From: Octopus sinensis
Lineage: Eukaryota
Direction of reading: 5' to 3'
Length of the DNA stretch: 64,000 bases
NCBI RefSeq assembly: GCF_006345805.1
Contig: NC_043008.1
Coordinates: 67,518,001-67,582,000 of the forward strand
The notes beneath the pieces are model-generated. The model made no database searches. It saw only the letters and a program-made list of their open reading frames with translations, and was not told the DNA's origin. Below, in pieces: positions 49,462 through 61,038 of this stretch. The number at the start of each line of letters is the position of its first letter. Position 1 is the stretch's first letter. A program made the position numbers and the translations under genes.

Positions 49462-50010
49462 GTGGAGGCGCGTGGCTTAGTGGTTAGGGTGTCAGCATCA
49501 TGATCGTAAGATTGTGGTTTCGATTCCTGGATTGGGCGTCGCGTTGTGTTCTTGAGCAAAACATTTCATTTCACGTTGCTCCAGTTCACTCAGCTGGCAA
49601 AATTGAGTACCGCTGCGATGGACTGGCGTCCCGTCCAGCTGGGGAACACATACACCATAGAAACCGGGAAACCAAGCCCATGAGTCTGGCTAGGCTTTAA
49701 AAGGGCGCAGGAGGCGCAATGGCCCAGTGGTTAGGGCAGCGGACTCGCGGTCGGAGGATCGCGGTTTCGATTCCAGACCGAGCGTTGTGTGTGTTTATTG
49801 AGCGAAAACACCTAAAAGCTCCACGAGGCTCCGGCAGGGGGTGGTGATGACCCCTGTTGTACTCTTTCGCCCCAACTTTCTCTCACTATTTCTTCCTGTT
49901 TCTTGGGTAACGCTACGATAGACTGGCGTCCCGTCCAGCTGGGGGGAACACATACGCCACAGAAACCGGGAAACCGGGCCCATGAGCCTGGCTATGCTTG
50001 AAAAGGGCGC
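49462..50010 (+). mobile_element. Two tandem tRNA-headed SINEs with different bodies and a shared 3' tail
   Basis: Heads TGGCTTAGTGG..GGTTTCGATTCC (49462) and TGGCCCAGTGG..GGTTTCGATTCC (49710). Both end GACTGGCGTCCCGTCCAGCTGGGG...GAAACCGGGAAACC...AAAAGGGCGC. Confidence 0.8.
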
Positions 50011-50599
50011 ATAAATAAATAAAATATCAAATAAAACTGGGTGTGATTTGAAAAGCATTTAGATGTTGTTTCTAGCAAACTGCGTGACTACAAAGAAGCT
50101 CTCTTATTATGGATGTCTGCTGCAAACGATTTTCATGGAATATATTAATCGAAGTAGCTGATACCTCTCACTCGCATATCTAATTTCTGCTCTAGCAAAA
50201 TCTTAACAATTAATGAAAGTTTAAAGACATTAATAGAATTCTGTGTCCAACCTCTATTCATTCACACAAAAATGTGTGATTGCTAAAACAAATAGAACTA
50301 ATATTTCAATAATCAATATTCGAATGGGGAAATCCTACAGATGTAATTGAGGTAAGATACTGAAGTTTTGAAGAGTCTGCAACTTTTGGTTTCGATTCAT
50401 GATTAAAACCGTTTCATTTCGTTATTAGTTTTAAGGTTAGCATAAACGTCTCATCTTTACATTTCACTCTTACTGTGGAGAACATTGTACCAAGTATTTG
50501 ATGTATCTAAGACAAGATGACAAACAAGTGAATCAGTCTGCAAGCCATTCAATGAGCTTACGACATTATTTGTTGTAATGCAAAAATTGCCAGTCTCAG

Positions 50600-51830
50600 A
50601 GAGAAGACATTCATAAAATGGCTTTGAAAATGTCTCCAACGGAAGAGGTGCAATTTATTTTCTAGGATCCACCAACCATAAATAAGATATCCAAATCATT
50701 GCGGCTACTGAACCATTTAAACAATTACATCATTAGTTCCTGTCTTCCAGAGATAAGGACTGGAAGAAAGTGGATTGCTTTTGAGGCAAGGAAGAAATTT
50801 GTGGTGCCCTACAATGTGGAGATATAGTGGGTCACGCACAATGAGCAATAAGGAAGGTCTTGGAAACAAGGAATTTAATCCATATCATGCTACGAATGAG
50901 TAGGAGAGCATTGCAGTAGACAAATCGGTCAGAAAAAAAAGAGGTGCAAAGTCGCTATATGATGCTGATACAATGCAGCCAAGAAGACAGTGTACTGTTT
51001 GGGAGGAGTTTGTGGTTAGACGAAAGGTAGAGTGGGAAAAACTTTAGTCATAGGAACCACCAGAATCAGTTTTCTGGTTCGCTCCGTCTACGATATGCTT
51101 CTTAGTTCTGTAAGCCTAAGGTACAAGAAAAGAGATGCGAGTAATCTGTGAAAATATGCCGAAATTGGAAAGATGATGCATATTTTTTTGCAATTGTCTA
51201 CTAGGTGTGGAGCACAGATACAGGGGTGGCATAACCAAGTTCTTAGAGTAATCGTTGATGCAATGGTAGAGAGGTTAAAACGAATTAAAAATGGCGAAAG
51301 ATCACAAGTAGTGGAACATAGGAACATTAAGTTTTGTAGGGAAGGTGAACGCTTCAAGACATGCACTGTAAGAAAGACGAATGACCCGAAATAGGAGGGG
51401 ACTTAGAAGGTTTTTGTTGACTTTGGTGATAAATATCACTTGTCACATTTTACTCTCAATAGAATCAATCTTGTCATAAAATACCCTCCTGCGGTGATAG
51501 GCATTAGAGAATTTGTTGGAACCCAGATTCGCTCGATGATCGGGAGTCTTCAACCAGCTGCAAAGGAGAGAAGAGAGGTTGCTAAAATATTATCCGATGC
51601 TACTGAGAATGCGAGCCATTGCATTTGCTTCAAGAGAAAGGATGACTGGTGCAGCAAGAACGAGTATCAAGAATGAGAGAAATCTTGTCCAGAGTCACAA
51701 CATTTGATTCGATAAAGGTCATGATGACCCTGGTAGCTCTGATTTCGCAGCTGAAGAGCTGAAGAGCTGCCTAATGAGACATCGGTTCCTGCATTTAGAA
51801 ATGGAGTAGAGCGGCACTCTCAATATACTG
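50600..51830 (+). mobile_element. Decayed HERO/NeSL-type REL LINE, 3' region
   Basis: Remnants DIVGHAQ..EGLG, then WHNQVLRVIVDAM..IKFCREG..VFVDF, resembling the HERO WRH(D/N)QVLR / FVKEG / VDL stretch. Many stops. Confidence 0.55.
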
Positions 51831-52307
51831 GTGGTTAACCTAAGATATAGTTGTTATTAAAGACAATGACCAAACTAAAATTTGATTTAGTTTTCAAATA
51901 TTGTAATTTCCATCTTGCATACTTACCAATAAACATCCAGAGTTCTACAATATTCGGTCATAAGTTAGCCAGTGCTGATTGATCGATTAATATTCACACA
52001 AGCGTTAATATCTTTTATGGACACATTTCCTTTTATGGGGATACATTAGGTCCTGGTTCTGGAGAGGAAAGAAACCTGAAATCTATGGTTCAAAACCCAG
52101 CAGAGGCTTCACAACGCAACAAAAAGATCTAAAAACTGAAAAATTTAATTTTTTTCTTTCTACCTTTTTCTTCTTTTTAATTTTTTTCATTCCTTATATA
52201 TAAGATTACATAATTTTTCTCTGTTGAGGTTTGTCAGCTTTATACAAACGTTTAAATTGATTAACAAAATAATTAATAACACTCTCTAACTCTTCTAGTA
52301 TTTTCAG

Positions 52308-52530
52308 TATGCAGTCTGCTATCATATTTCACATACTATTAATTTCAGTTATAAAACCAGTTTATATCACTTCGATGGGAAATCAACCTCTCAATTGTAC
52401 ATTCAACCGTAATTCACCAAACCGTTCCGACGTCAGTTCTTATACGACCGTTCATGCACGGGCGATATCAGTACTGACTGGTTGCACATAAATGGAAGCA
52501 ACGCCTGTATTGACAACTTACAAATGTCTG
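52308..52530 (+). CDS. Putative first coding exon of the EGF/F-type lectin gene (signal-peptide-like start; needs a frameshift)
   Basis: TTTTCAG acceptor at 52301-52307; ATG at 52309 gives MQSAIIFHILLISVIKPVYITS; donor G|GTAAGT at 52530/52531. The signal-peptide frame stops at 52491 and the phase-1 frame stops at 52410-52412. Confidence 0.5.
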
Positions 52531-52602
52531 GTAAGTATTATATTATCACACATACAGTAATTAGAAGTCAGTGAATTTTAAGAAACGTTTCAACGAAGGA
52601 CC

Positions 52603-52653
<51 letters not shown>

Positions 52654-52777
52654 ATTGTGTTGTCGGTGTTGTTGCTGTTACTGGTGGTGGTGGTGGTGGT
52701 GGTTGTGGTGTTGTGTTGTTGTTGTTGTTGTTGTTGTTGGTTGTTGTTGTTGTTAAGCAATAAGACGGGTAAGGGGG

Positions 52778-53052
52778 AGACATGGGTGTTTCGTCCAACA
52801 TCCTTAAACGACCCTTATTCAGGAACCTTTTGAGTGGGATGGGCTGGCTACTCGACCAGAAGAAAATTCTAACTGGGGCCCACCTGCAAGGTCATGCGCT
52901 GTTTATCTTGATATAAGATCACCATGTCACGCACATGATTGTGATGCCTGTACCTGGTGTACCCTTATCAGACAGGTAGTCATGATGGGTATACTGGGCT
53001 TCGTATATTTTACCCCAGTGTCACTTTGATGACATGCACTGCTCTCTCACTC
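52778..53052 (+). mobile_element. (TAA)n-embedded element, 3' half, intronic
   Basis: ACATGGGTGTTTCGTCC...CTCTCACTC followed by (AAT)n. Confidence 0.8.
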
Positions 53053-53065
53053 AATAATAATAATG

Positions 53066-53157
<92 letters not shown>

Positions 53158-53268
53158 TGCTTATTTATTTACAAAAAATATTTTCAAATTACAAATTGTA
53201 ACACACTAAGAAAATATTTTAAGATAACCAAAATGTTTTTATATATTTTTCAAATTAAAATTCTTCAG

Positions 53269-53412
53269 GATGTCCACAAGAATTATTCGGTCTTGATTGT
53301 ACACATAAATGTCGGTGTAAGAACGGAACAACATGTCACCAAATAACGGGCCATTGTAAAGAAGGTTGTGAACCCGGAAGAACAGGATCTTCGTGTCAAT
53401 ATCAAACTTACG
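53269..53412 (+). CDS. Exon encoding a MEGF10/Draper/SREC-type EGF-like repeat
   Basis: TTCTTCAG|...|GTAAAA, 144 bp, phase 1-1: (G)CPQELFGLDCTHKCRCKNGTTCHQITGHCKEGCEPGRTGSSCQYQTY. Not shown in the ORF track. Confidence 0.92.
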
Positions 53413-53589
53413 GTAAAACGAAAGATGATACTTCGCCAAATTCTTTGCTTTTATAACTTAAGATTATTTATTTAGTTCTTTAATGTGCATGCTTTAAAGT
53501 TGGAAAGGTATGGTTGAGTAATGATAAATGCATAGCGACCAGTGCACATGCACAATAAACTTGTTAAAAAATGTGAAGGCATGCTACAC

Positions 53590-54265
53590 TTTTTTCTTCT
53601 ATGGATGACTGCACATCTGAGAATCTACGCCATTGACATGAACATTTGAACATTTCAGTATAACTTCGAATGAGGGATATTCTTAGGAAACTACTTTTAC
53701 AGTAAACTGCTAGTCAGGATGGAAACTCAATGTGATCTTTCGGCTAGTCAGAAATAATAGCCAAATCTCCTTGAATCACTTACTCGTGGTAAAGGAAGGA
53801 TACACTGGATATTTGGATAATCAAAAAAAAAAAGAAAAAAAAAAGAAGACACGAGGTTTAATGCTGAAATACTTTTGGTTATTTGTATGCTTGATCAAAT
53901 ATGTATCCGACGCGAAGAAATAATCTGTTTTTTCTTCTATGGATGACTGCACATCTGAGAATCTACGCCATTGACATGAACATTTGAACATTTCAGTATA
54001 ACTTCGAATGAGGGATATTCTTAGGAAACTACTTTTACAGTAAACTGCTAGTCAGGATGGAAACTCAATGTGATCTTTCGGCTAGTCAGAAATAATAGCC
54101 AAATCTCCTTGAATCACTTACTCGTGGTAAAGGAAGGATACACTGGATATTTGGATAATCAAAAAAAAAAAAAAAAAAAAGAAGACACGAGGTTTAATGC
54201 TGAAATACTTTTGGTTATTTGTATGCTTGATCAAATATGTATCCGACGCGAAGAAATAATCTGTT
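53590..54265. repeat. Direct tandem duplication, 338-bp unit, intronic
   Basis: ATGGATGACT at 53601 and 53939. The units differ essentially only in the length of an A-run. Confidence 0.95.
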
Positions 54266-54526
54266 TTCGTTTCGCTAGCGCTTGCCATACAATCACCAGC
54301 AATTTGACCTCTTTGAAAGTCTGATAGATCTGTCATTTTAATAAATTTTAATTACCTTTTTCTGGTGATATCTGAAAAGAAACTGCAACTTTAGCAAAAC
54401 ATATTAAGCAACACTAATAAAGAATCAAAGAAACATTAAAATAAACAAGCTTTTGACGGTTTTATAGATATTTCAAAATTATGATACTATGATGCTAGGT
54501 GTTTCCATTATTTTGTCCTACCCCTG
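54262..54526 (-). mobile_element. Tc1-family transposon 5' fragment
   Basis: - strand TA|CAGGGGTAGGACAAAATAATGGAAACACC TIR, then MTDLSDFQRGQIAG..MASASETKT, a Tc1 paired-domain start. Confidence 0.8.
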
Positions 54527-54628
54527 TACATGTTTATCCTCTGCTTTTGTTTAAATACATTGAAAACACAAGAGTGCGTATAATTTTTAACTGTAAGGTT
54601 AAAGTAATTATTTAATATAATATTTCAG

Positions 54629-54880
54629 AAAACATTGCCCTTGGCCAACCAGCTTTCCAGTCGTCTGATTTTGAAGTTAAATTCATGGATGGTCGCAAAC
54701 TTTGCAGCTCCAAGTATTTGGCCACAGCAGGTTTTGCTGTGGATGGCAAATACAACCAAAACTTCCAGCACAAGTCGTGTAGTCGCACGCAGGAAAGTTC
54801 CAGCAAAAGTTATTGGTATGTGATACTGGACAGGAATTATACTATAAACCAGATTAGGATATACGCTCACAGTTTCTTCC
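54629..54880 (+). CDS. Exon encoding the N-terminal half of an F-type lectin (fucolectin/FTP) domain
   Basis: TATTTCAG|...|GTAAGT, 252 bp, phase 1-1: (E)NIALGQPAFQSSD...AGFAVDGKY...SCSRT...YWYVILD...INQIRIYAHSFF. Confidence 0.92.
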
Positions 54881-55391
54881 GTAAGTAGAGAAGTTTTTAA
54901 CCACTCGCAAAACACAGATTGTTTAGTAGTGGTGGATGTGGTGGTGGTGGTGGTATTGGCAGGAGCTTGTGGTGTTAATAGTAGTGGTAGTGTTAGTAGT
55001 TGTAGTGGTGGTGGTAGTGGTGGCGGTGATAGTAGTATGTGCTGTCACCCAGACAGCTATGTGGTATACCTTAAGTAGCAGTACCACCCGAGAGTAAAAC
55101 TGTCAATTTATTCAATCAATATGCGCAAAGTATCCGGGTGGCTTTAGTCAAGTCCGGGTGGAGGTTGTGAATATAATCTACCGCCGCCACCCCCATCACT
55201 ACTCCGCACAAAATGTGTGGGGCTGCGTCATTATTTGAAATCAATGTTTCCTATGTTTGTAAGTCTTTTATTATTTTATTCCTTTCGTCATAAGACTTCG
55301 GCTTTGCTGAGGCACCGCCTTCAATATTCTAACCCATTATATCGGTCCCACACCGATCTACACGCACGCACACACACACACACACACACAC

Positions 55392-55433
<42 letters not shown>

Positions 55434-55519
55434 TACACACGCACACACACACACACACATTCATACACGCATACAAATAAATACATATATTCATGCATAT
55501 ATTTGTGTATGTCTGTCTT

Positions 55520-55835
55520 CCAAGTCCTTGGCTGTCCTAGTGGATTCTGGAAGAGATTTCGCTGTCCAGTGATCCATCGCATGAAATTGTGCTGCCAGGG
55601 TCCTTGAATCTCTCAAAACACTTCAGCTGGACTTCATCAATGGTGATGTTTGGCTGGTGACGAATTTCGTTCGGGGCTGCTTTGACAACGACTTCCGTTT
55701 TCTCAAGGCTGATGGTCAGTCTAAAGAGCTTTGGCGCTTCTGCAAAGCGGTCGACAATGGTCTACGGTGATTTTCCTTGTGTGCCATCAGATCATAGTAA
55801 TCTGCAAATAGAGCTTCACTGATGAGCTTTTCCAC
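55520..55835 (-). mobile_element. RTE-BovB-like LINE internal fragment, intronic
   Basis: - strand translation IVDRFAEAPKLFRLTISLEKTEVV..AAP...FKDPGSTIS.DGSLDSEISSRI. Confidence 0.75.
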
Positions 55836-56409
55836 TGTCTTCATTCGGTGAAATGAACTGCTTAACTGCTATGTCTGCTTCCACGCCATTCTTTTACTGT
55901 TGTCCTATCAACTATTGCTTCCACAATACACCACGACATAGTTGCTTTGTGAAAAGATCATTTTTACTTCTCCCTTTAAACCCTACATGCTGATTTTAAT
56001 TCCTATTTGTTGTTTAAAAAAAAGTAAACCACTATTCATTGTTAACATACATGGTTGTAAAATAGCATAACTTAATGCTTTATAGTATGTTATTTCATAC
56101 CACACCAGGGCTATCTTGATAGCAATGATTTTTCCCCGGGAAAATCAATGCACGGGGTCCATTAGTATTTATTTATTGACAACAAGCCACAGCAACCATA
56201 GATCTGAAATGGACCCGTTGACCTATGGCAATCTCTAACGACTGCCTAGTGTCCATACCTTAAAACGACACTCTACCTCATTTCTGTGCTCAACCTGCAG
56301 TGGACTTAATGTACGTTTCTGAAATCAAATCATGTTAATCTTTCTAAACACCAAAAATATCTTTGTTTGAAGCGCATAAGGTTCTACTTTTGTTATTTCT
56401 TTCCATTAG

Positions 56410-56592
56410 ATTACAGTTTGAATGTATTTGTCGGGGATAAAAACAATCCATGTTCCCAGTTATGCTACAAAAGCAAATCAACTGAAACTATTCTTCATAT
56501 ATCTTGTCAACGTCCGTTGGTTGGTGAAACTGTTTGTATTAAAACTGCCAAGGAATACGCCTCTTTGTCCTTGTGTGAAGTAGAAGTCATCC
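56410..56592 (+). CDS. Exon encoding the C-terminal half of the F-type lectin domain
   Basis: CCATTAG|...|GTAAGT, 183 bp, phase 1-1: (H)YSLNVFVGDKNNPCSQLC...ISCQRPLVGETVCI...SLSLCEVEVI, with the diagnostic L.LCEVEV end. Confidence 0.92.
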
Positions 56593-57654
56593 GTAAGTAG
56601 CTTTCTGTTCGTTTTCTTTCTTCATTGTTATATTTCCGTCACAATATATCATACAACAATTTTACTGTTTTGTGTTTCATAAATATCTTTGAATCACACA
56701 GAATGTGTTGTTGCTATTGGTGTTTAACCTCAGTTCAAAGACCAGTCCTATGATGAAGTACATTCTAACCATGAGCATCCTGATTTTAGATATACGGGTA
56801 GTATATCAAAATCGTATCATTGCAACGTGTTTTTTCTCTTTCATGCTATAGAATATGTAATTTGGAGGGCAAATTGGTTTGATTACTATTTCTAGCGGAT
56901 CGAGCGATCAGAAATATTTCCACTTTGCTGCTGTTGCTGCTGCTACCGCTGTTATTGTTGTTGTTGTTGCTGTTGTTTGTTACGATGAAGTAAACCTATG
57001 ACTGTAGGCATTCTGGCTGTGACCATCCCATCATTTTCCAGTGTACAGGCAATTCAGAATCAGATTATTTAATATGTCCTTTTCGTAGAGCGTAGAAGCG
57101 TGTTTCAGAGATATTTCGGCACTGTTTCTAGTAGATAGCGAGATAACATTGTTATTCTGTGGCGGCGGCGGTGGTGGCGGCGGCGGTGGTGTCGGCGGCG
57201 GCGGTGGTGGTACAAATGGAGTTAGAACTGAATACAATGTTCCATAAAAAGCGATTGGCGATATCTCCAATCTATGCATATGCTTCACGATATATCTTCG
57301 ATCTATCAAAGGAGTTTTATACACCATTGACCTATGAAAGTAGGTTGATGATATCATGGGTCTATCAAATCATCTAACAATACCTTCGACCTAGACAAAG
57401 GAGGAGAATGATGCCTTCGATTCATTCTCATAAAAATCATCATCCCCTCTGTCCCCACACTCTCTCATCACCAACGAAAATAGTTTACTCTTCCCTGATG
57501 TCTTTTAAAACATTAGTTTCATGTAAGACAATCTGATTATATCAGTAATCATGATCATTAGCTAATCTAAATCAGATCTAAAGTATACGTTTATTGGACA
57601 ATAAAGTCGTCTCGTGTCCATGGTTGTTCGGAAGAGAGTGTGATATGTGAAGTA

Positions 57655-58162
57655 CCGTAAATCCTCGAGTATAATCCCCATTTTTTCTCCAAAATTTAAA
57701 GGTCAAAATCCCTTGTGTGTACTATATACGAGGTTAGAAATGAAAAATATTTTCTAAGCAATGTCCGAGGCTCTGTTTGCTGTCCGGCAATTTTTATTCA
57801 GACGCATTTTGTGATGTCGGTCGCGAAAATACCTTAAGCTAAACCTGAAAGCAATGAAGTCATAAAAGAATCATCCATAACTTGCAGTAACATTTATTAA
57901 ACGTTATTACTGTTATATCTTTATTTTCTGCAAACAAAATGCACAAAAAAGCTACACGTTTGCATTATGTTATATATACAATAATAATAAAGGACGTTAC
58001 CGTGTACAGTTTTACAAACCAAGGACATTATATAGACCTCCTTGACTCAAGTTAGAGAAGGGGTGCGTATTATAGACAAGGTTTAGGTTTTTCAGAGGTA
58101 CAGCCCCCTAAAAATCTGCTGCGTATTATACTCAAAGTCGGAATATACTCGAGGATTTTCGG
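57655..58162 (-). mobile_element. Non-autonomous Tc2/pogo-like element (MITE), internally deleted
   Basis: TA|CCGTAAATCCTCGAGTATA ... TATACTCGAGGATTTTCGG|TA: 19-bp TIR with one mismatch and TA TSD. Confidence 0.85.
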
Positions 58163-58722
58163 TAAGTCATTTCGCTTTGGAACCATTCTTTCGTTATATA
58201 GACCTACATATTAAACTTAGTCAGACAGCAGCTGATCCTAGCTCTCATTTTACAGCTTACTGAGTGTTTCTGTTGCAAACACCACCATTACATACAACTG
58301 CAACAATAACAGCAACATAACCATCGTTGTCATCACCACCACGGCCACCCCCTCTACAATTACTACGACCAATAATGCATGGCACCACACCACCATCACT
58401 ATCACACAACATCACCCCTACCACTACCTCGACCACAACCACCATTATCACCCCGCCGACGTCACCATCGACACTACCACAACCACATTCACATCACTTC
58501 AACCATCAGTACACACACACACGCGCGCACTCGCACACAAGACCACCTCTACCACCATAATCGCCGCCACCACTACCATAATTAACAACGTTAAACTACT
58601 CTTTTGATAAGAGAGTTTCTCAAGTTACGTCGAAATATAACAAAAGTTATTCTCAACTTCTGGCGACTGCTGAGGCACGATCATAAAACCTGAGACACAT
58701 ACACACACATGCACACACACAA

Positions 58723-58768
<46 letters not shown>

Positions 58769-58975
58769 GTATACATATATATATATCCCTGACTGTGTAG
58801 TTTTGTGAGTGTGTCTGTATGTATGTATGTAATTATTTATATATATATATGTATATATATATACACACACAGACACACACATATATATAGTGTAAATATA
58901 TGAGCACATATGTGTATAAGTGTGTACACACATACACACACACATACGCACACACACACACACACACACACAACA

Positions 58976-59009
<34 letters not shown>

Positions 59010-59030
59010 ATATATATATATATATATATA

Positions 59031-61038
59031 ACGGGAAGCTTTATGAAAATAGACAAAAGACGAAGGCAGGTGGAAAACAAACAAACAATTGTATTAGTAT
59101 GGCGCTCAGGAAATATAAATAAAACAAGACTTTAACGTTTCGAGCCTACGCTCTTCAACAGAAAGATACACAGAGAGAAAAAAACACAGAAAGAAGGAGA
59201 GAAAAAAATGCGTGCAGTAACTAACGAACCAACATGGCGATCTGATTTCGGCCAGAGGTCAAAGATCAAACATGAGACGCGAGAGCGAAATAAGGGGAGA
59301 TAATAGGGTTGATAATAGGGTTGAGTGACCAGCTCCAACATAAGGGTGTGTGTGTGTGTGTGTATGAGAGAGTATTAGTGCGTATGAAGGTCTGGACGTG
59401 TGTATGTATAGGGTTGGTGTGTGTATAGTATGTATAAGGGTGTGTGTGTGGTGTGTGTGTGGTGTATGAGGGAGTATTAGTGCGTATGAGAGGTCTGGAC
59501 GTGTGTATGTATAGGGTTGGTGTATGTATTAGTATGTATTAGTAGTATTAGTACGTATTAGTATGTATAAGGGTGTGTGTTGTGTGTGTGTATGAGAGAG
59601 TATTAGTGTGCGTATGAGAGGTCTGGACGTGTGTATGTTTTACGGTTGGTGTATGTATTAGTATGTATTAGTATGTATTAGTATGTATTAGTGGTGTATG
59701 TATTAGTATGGCACATCATATATGATGTGATGTGTAAAGGCGTGTGGTGTAGTTTGGAGAGGGAGAAGAGGGGGAGGAAAGGAGGGGGAGGAAAGGGGGG
59801 AGAGGGGGAGAGAGAGGAGGGGAGAAGGAAGGAGAGGAGGAGGGGAGGAGGAGGAAGGAGGAAAGAGGGAGAGGGGGAGAGAGAGAAGGGGAGTGAGGGA
59901 GCAGAGGGAAGGGGAAGAGGGAAGGAGGGAGGGAGAAAGAGGGAAGAAGAAGGAAGGGGAGTAGGGTGATGAAAGGATGAAGGTCTGAAGAAGTAGGGGT
60001 CGGGGGGAAGGTAGGTGAGGAGGGGGGGAGAGGGGGGTTAGATGAGGAGGGGGGGAGAGTCGAGACCAAATGGCGTATAAGAGCGAAGAGAGAAGATTAA
60101 TTCCTGTTACGGGCAAACGGGAATCCGGATGGCCTCTGTGTAAGGGACAACCGAAACAAGATAGGTGTTGCAAGGAGTGACCGTTGGAGCGGAAATGGCG
60201 AGAGACCGGGGTGTCGTTCGCAAGGTGGATGTCACGAAGGGTTCCGCGAACCGGTCAGCCAGCGGCGTCCCGTTTGTCCGATGTACAAGGAATGGCAGAG
60301 AGAGCAAGAGACGCAATAGATAATATTGCTGGAGGTGCAGGTAAAGGAGTGGATGATGGGATAGGGTCGATGATGGGTGCTAGTGAGGAGGGTGGTGTTG
60401 GAGAGGTAAGGGCAAGTGCGGCAACGTGGGCGGGAGCAGGAGAACGAGCCGGGTTGGGAGGTAGGGTCAGGGAAGGAGCTATGGACCAAAAGGTCTCGAA
60501 GGTTGTGGGCTCGTTTGAAAGAGGGGAGGGGTCGGTTAGGGAAGAGGTGTGGATAGTGGTGAGGGGGTATCCACGTAGGGTGAAGTGGTGAGCCATACGT
60601 TGAGACTGAGTCTCAAAGTCATGGTCGTCACTACAGAGCCTACGTAGACGGAGGAGGGAATTGGAATAGGGGAGAAAGCTTGGTGTGTTCTGGGTGGGAG
60701 GAAGAGAAGTTGAGGTATGAGTGTGAGTCGTGTGTGTTTGTAGTGAATGGAGGTGGTAAGAGTGGAGTGAAGAATGCTAACCGAAATGTCGAGGAAGGAG
60801 ACAGAGGTGTTGGAGATAGTGGAAGTGAAGTGGAGGGCTGGATGGAAAGATTGGACGAAAGAGAGAAGGAATCTAGATGTTCACGGGAGAGTGAGTGAGG
60901 TGGCACGATAATGTCGTCAATGTAACGACCATATAGTTCAGGAGTGGGACCAGTGAAATTAAAGAATATTTGGGCCTCAACATAGCCAACGAACAGGTTC
61001 GCATAGTTGGGGCCCATTCGCGTTCCCATGGCCACTCC
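59031..61038 (-). mobile_element. Penelope-like element, 5'-truncated: RT C-half, GIY-YIG endonuclease, pyrimidine-rich tract, minisatellite and 3' pseudo-LTR
   Basis: AMGTRMGPNYANLFVGYVE, YGRYIDDI; FTCTSSNIIYCVSCSLCHSLYIGQTGRR (GIY-YIG). Ends at (TA)n. Confidence 0.92.
59130..59165 (-). ncRNA. Hammerhead-like motif with CUGUUGA (A6U) core in the Penelope 3' pseudo-LTR
   Basis: - strand CTTT-CTGTTGA-A-GAGC-GTAG-GCTC-GAA-ACGT-T-AAAG. Confidence 0.55.

Noticed and set aside
49462-49790. tRNA genes
   Set aside because: A/B boxes are present but run into SINE bodies, with no complete cloverleaf; the same applies to the other SINE heads.
57042-57088. Possible terminal exon of the lectin gene (TTTTCCAG|TG TAC...TAG; LYRQFRIRLFNMSFS*)
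   Set aside because: Phase-compatible but short, with no recognisable domain; competing AGs nearby; unsupported without transcripts.
57031-57357. - strand ORF with a polyproline run
   Set aside because: The proline run comes from a (GGC/GGT)n repeat; the flanks show no domain or splice evidence.
58257-58585. His/Thr/Pro-rich ORFs
   Set aside because: Degenerate (CAC/CAT/ACC)n low-complexity DNA.
774-59135. Dozens of ORFs rich in poly-I/Y/L/N, HT, YI, CV, MYVC or LSIY
   Set aside because: They are translations of (TAA)n, (CA)n, (TA)n, (TACA)n and (TCTA)n microsatellites, with no splice or domain support.
59340-59700. CRISPR-like spaced repeats (also 10600-10690)
   Set aside because: Eukaryotic minisatellites with repeated rather than unique spacers; no cas genes.
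59691-60070. Arg/Gly/Glu-rich and Pro/Ser/Leu-rich ORFs
   Set aside because: A purine/pyrimidine-biased low-complexity tract in the Penelope 3' region.
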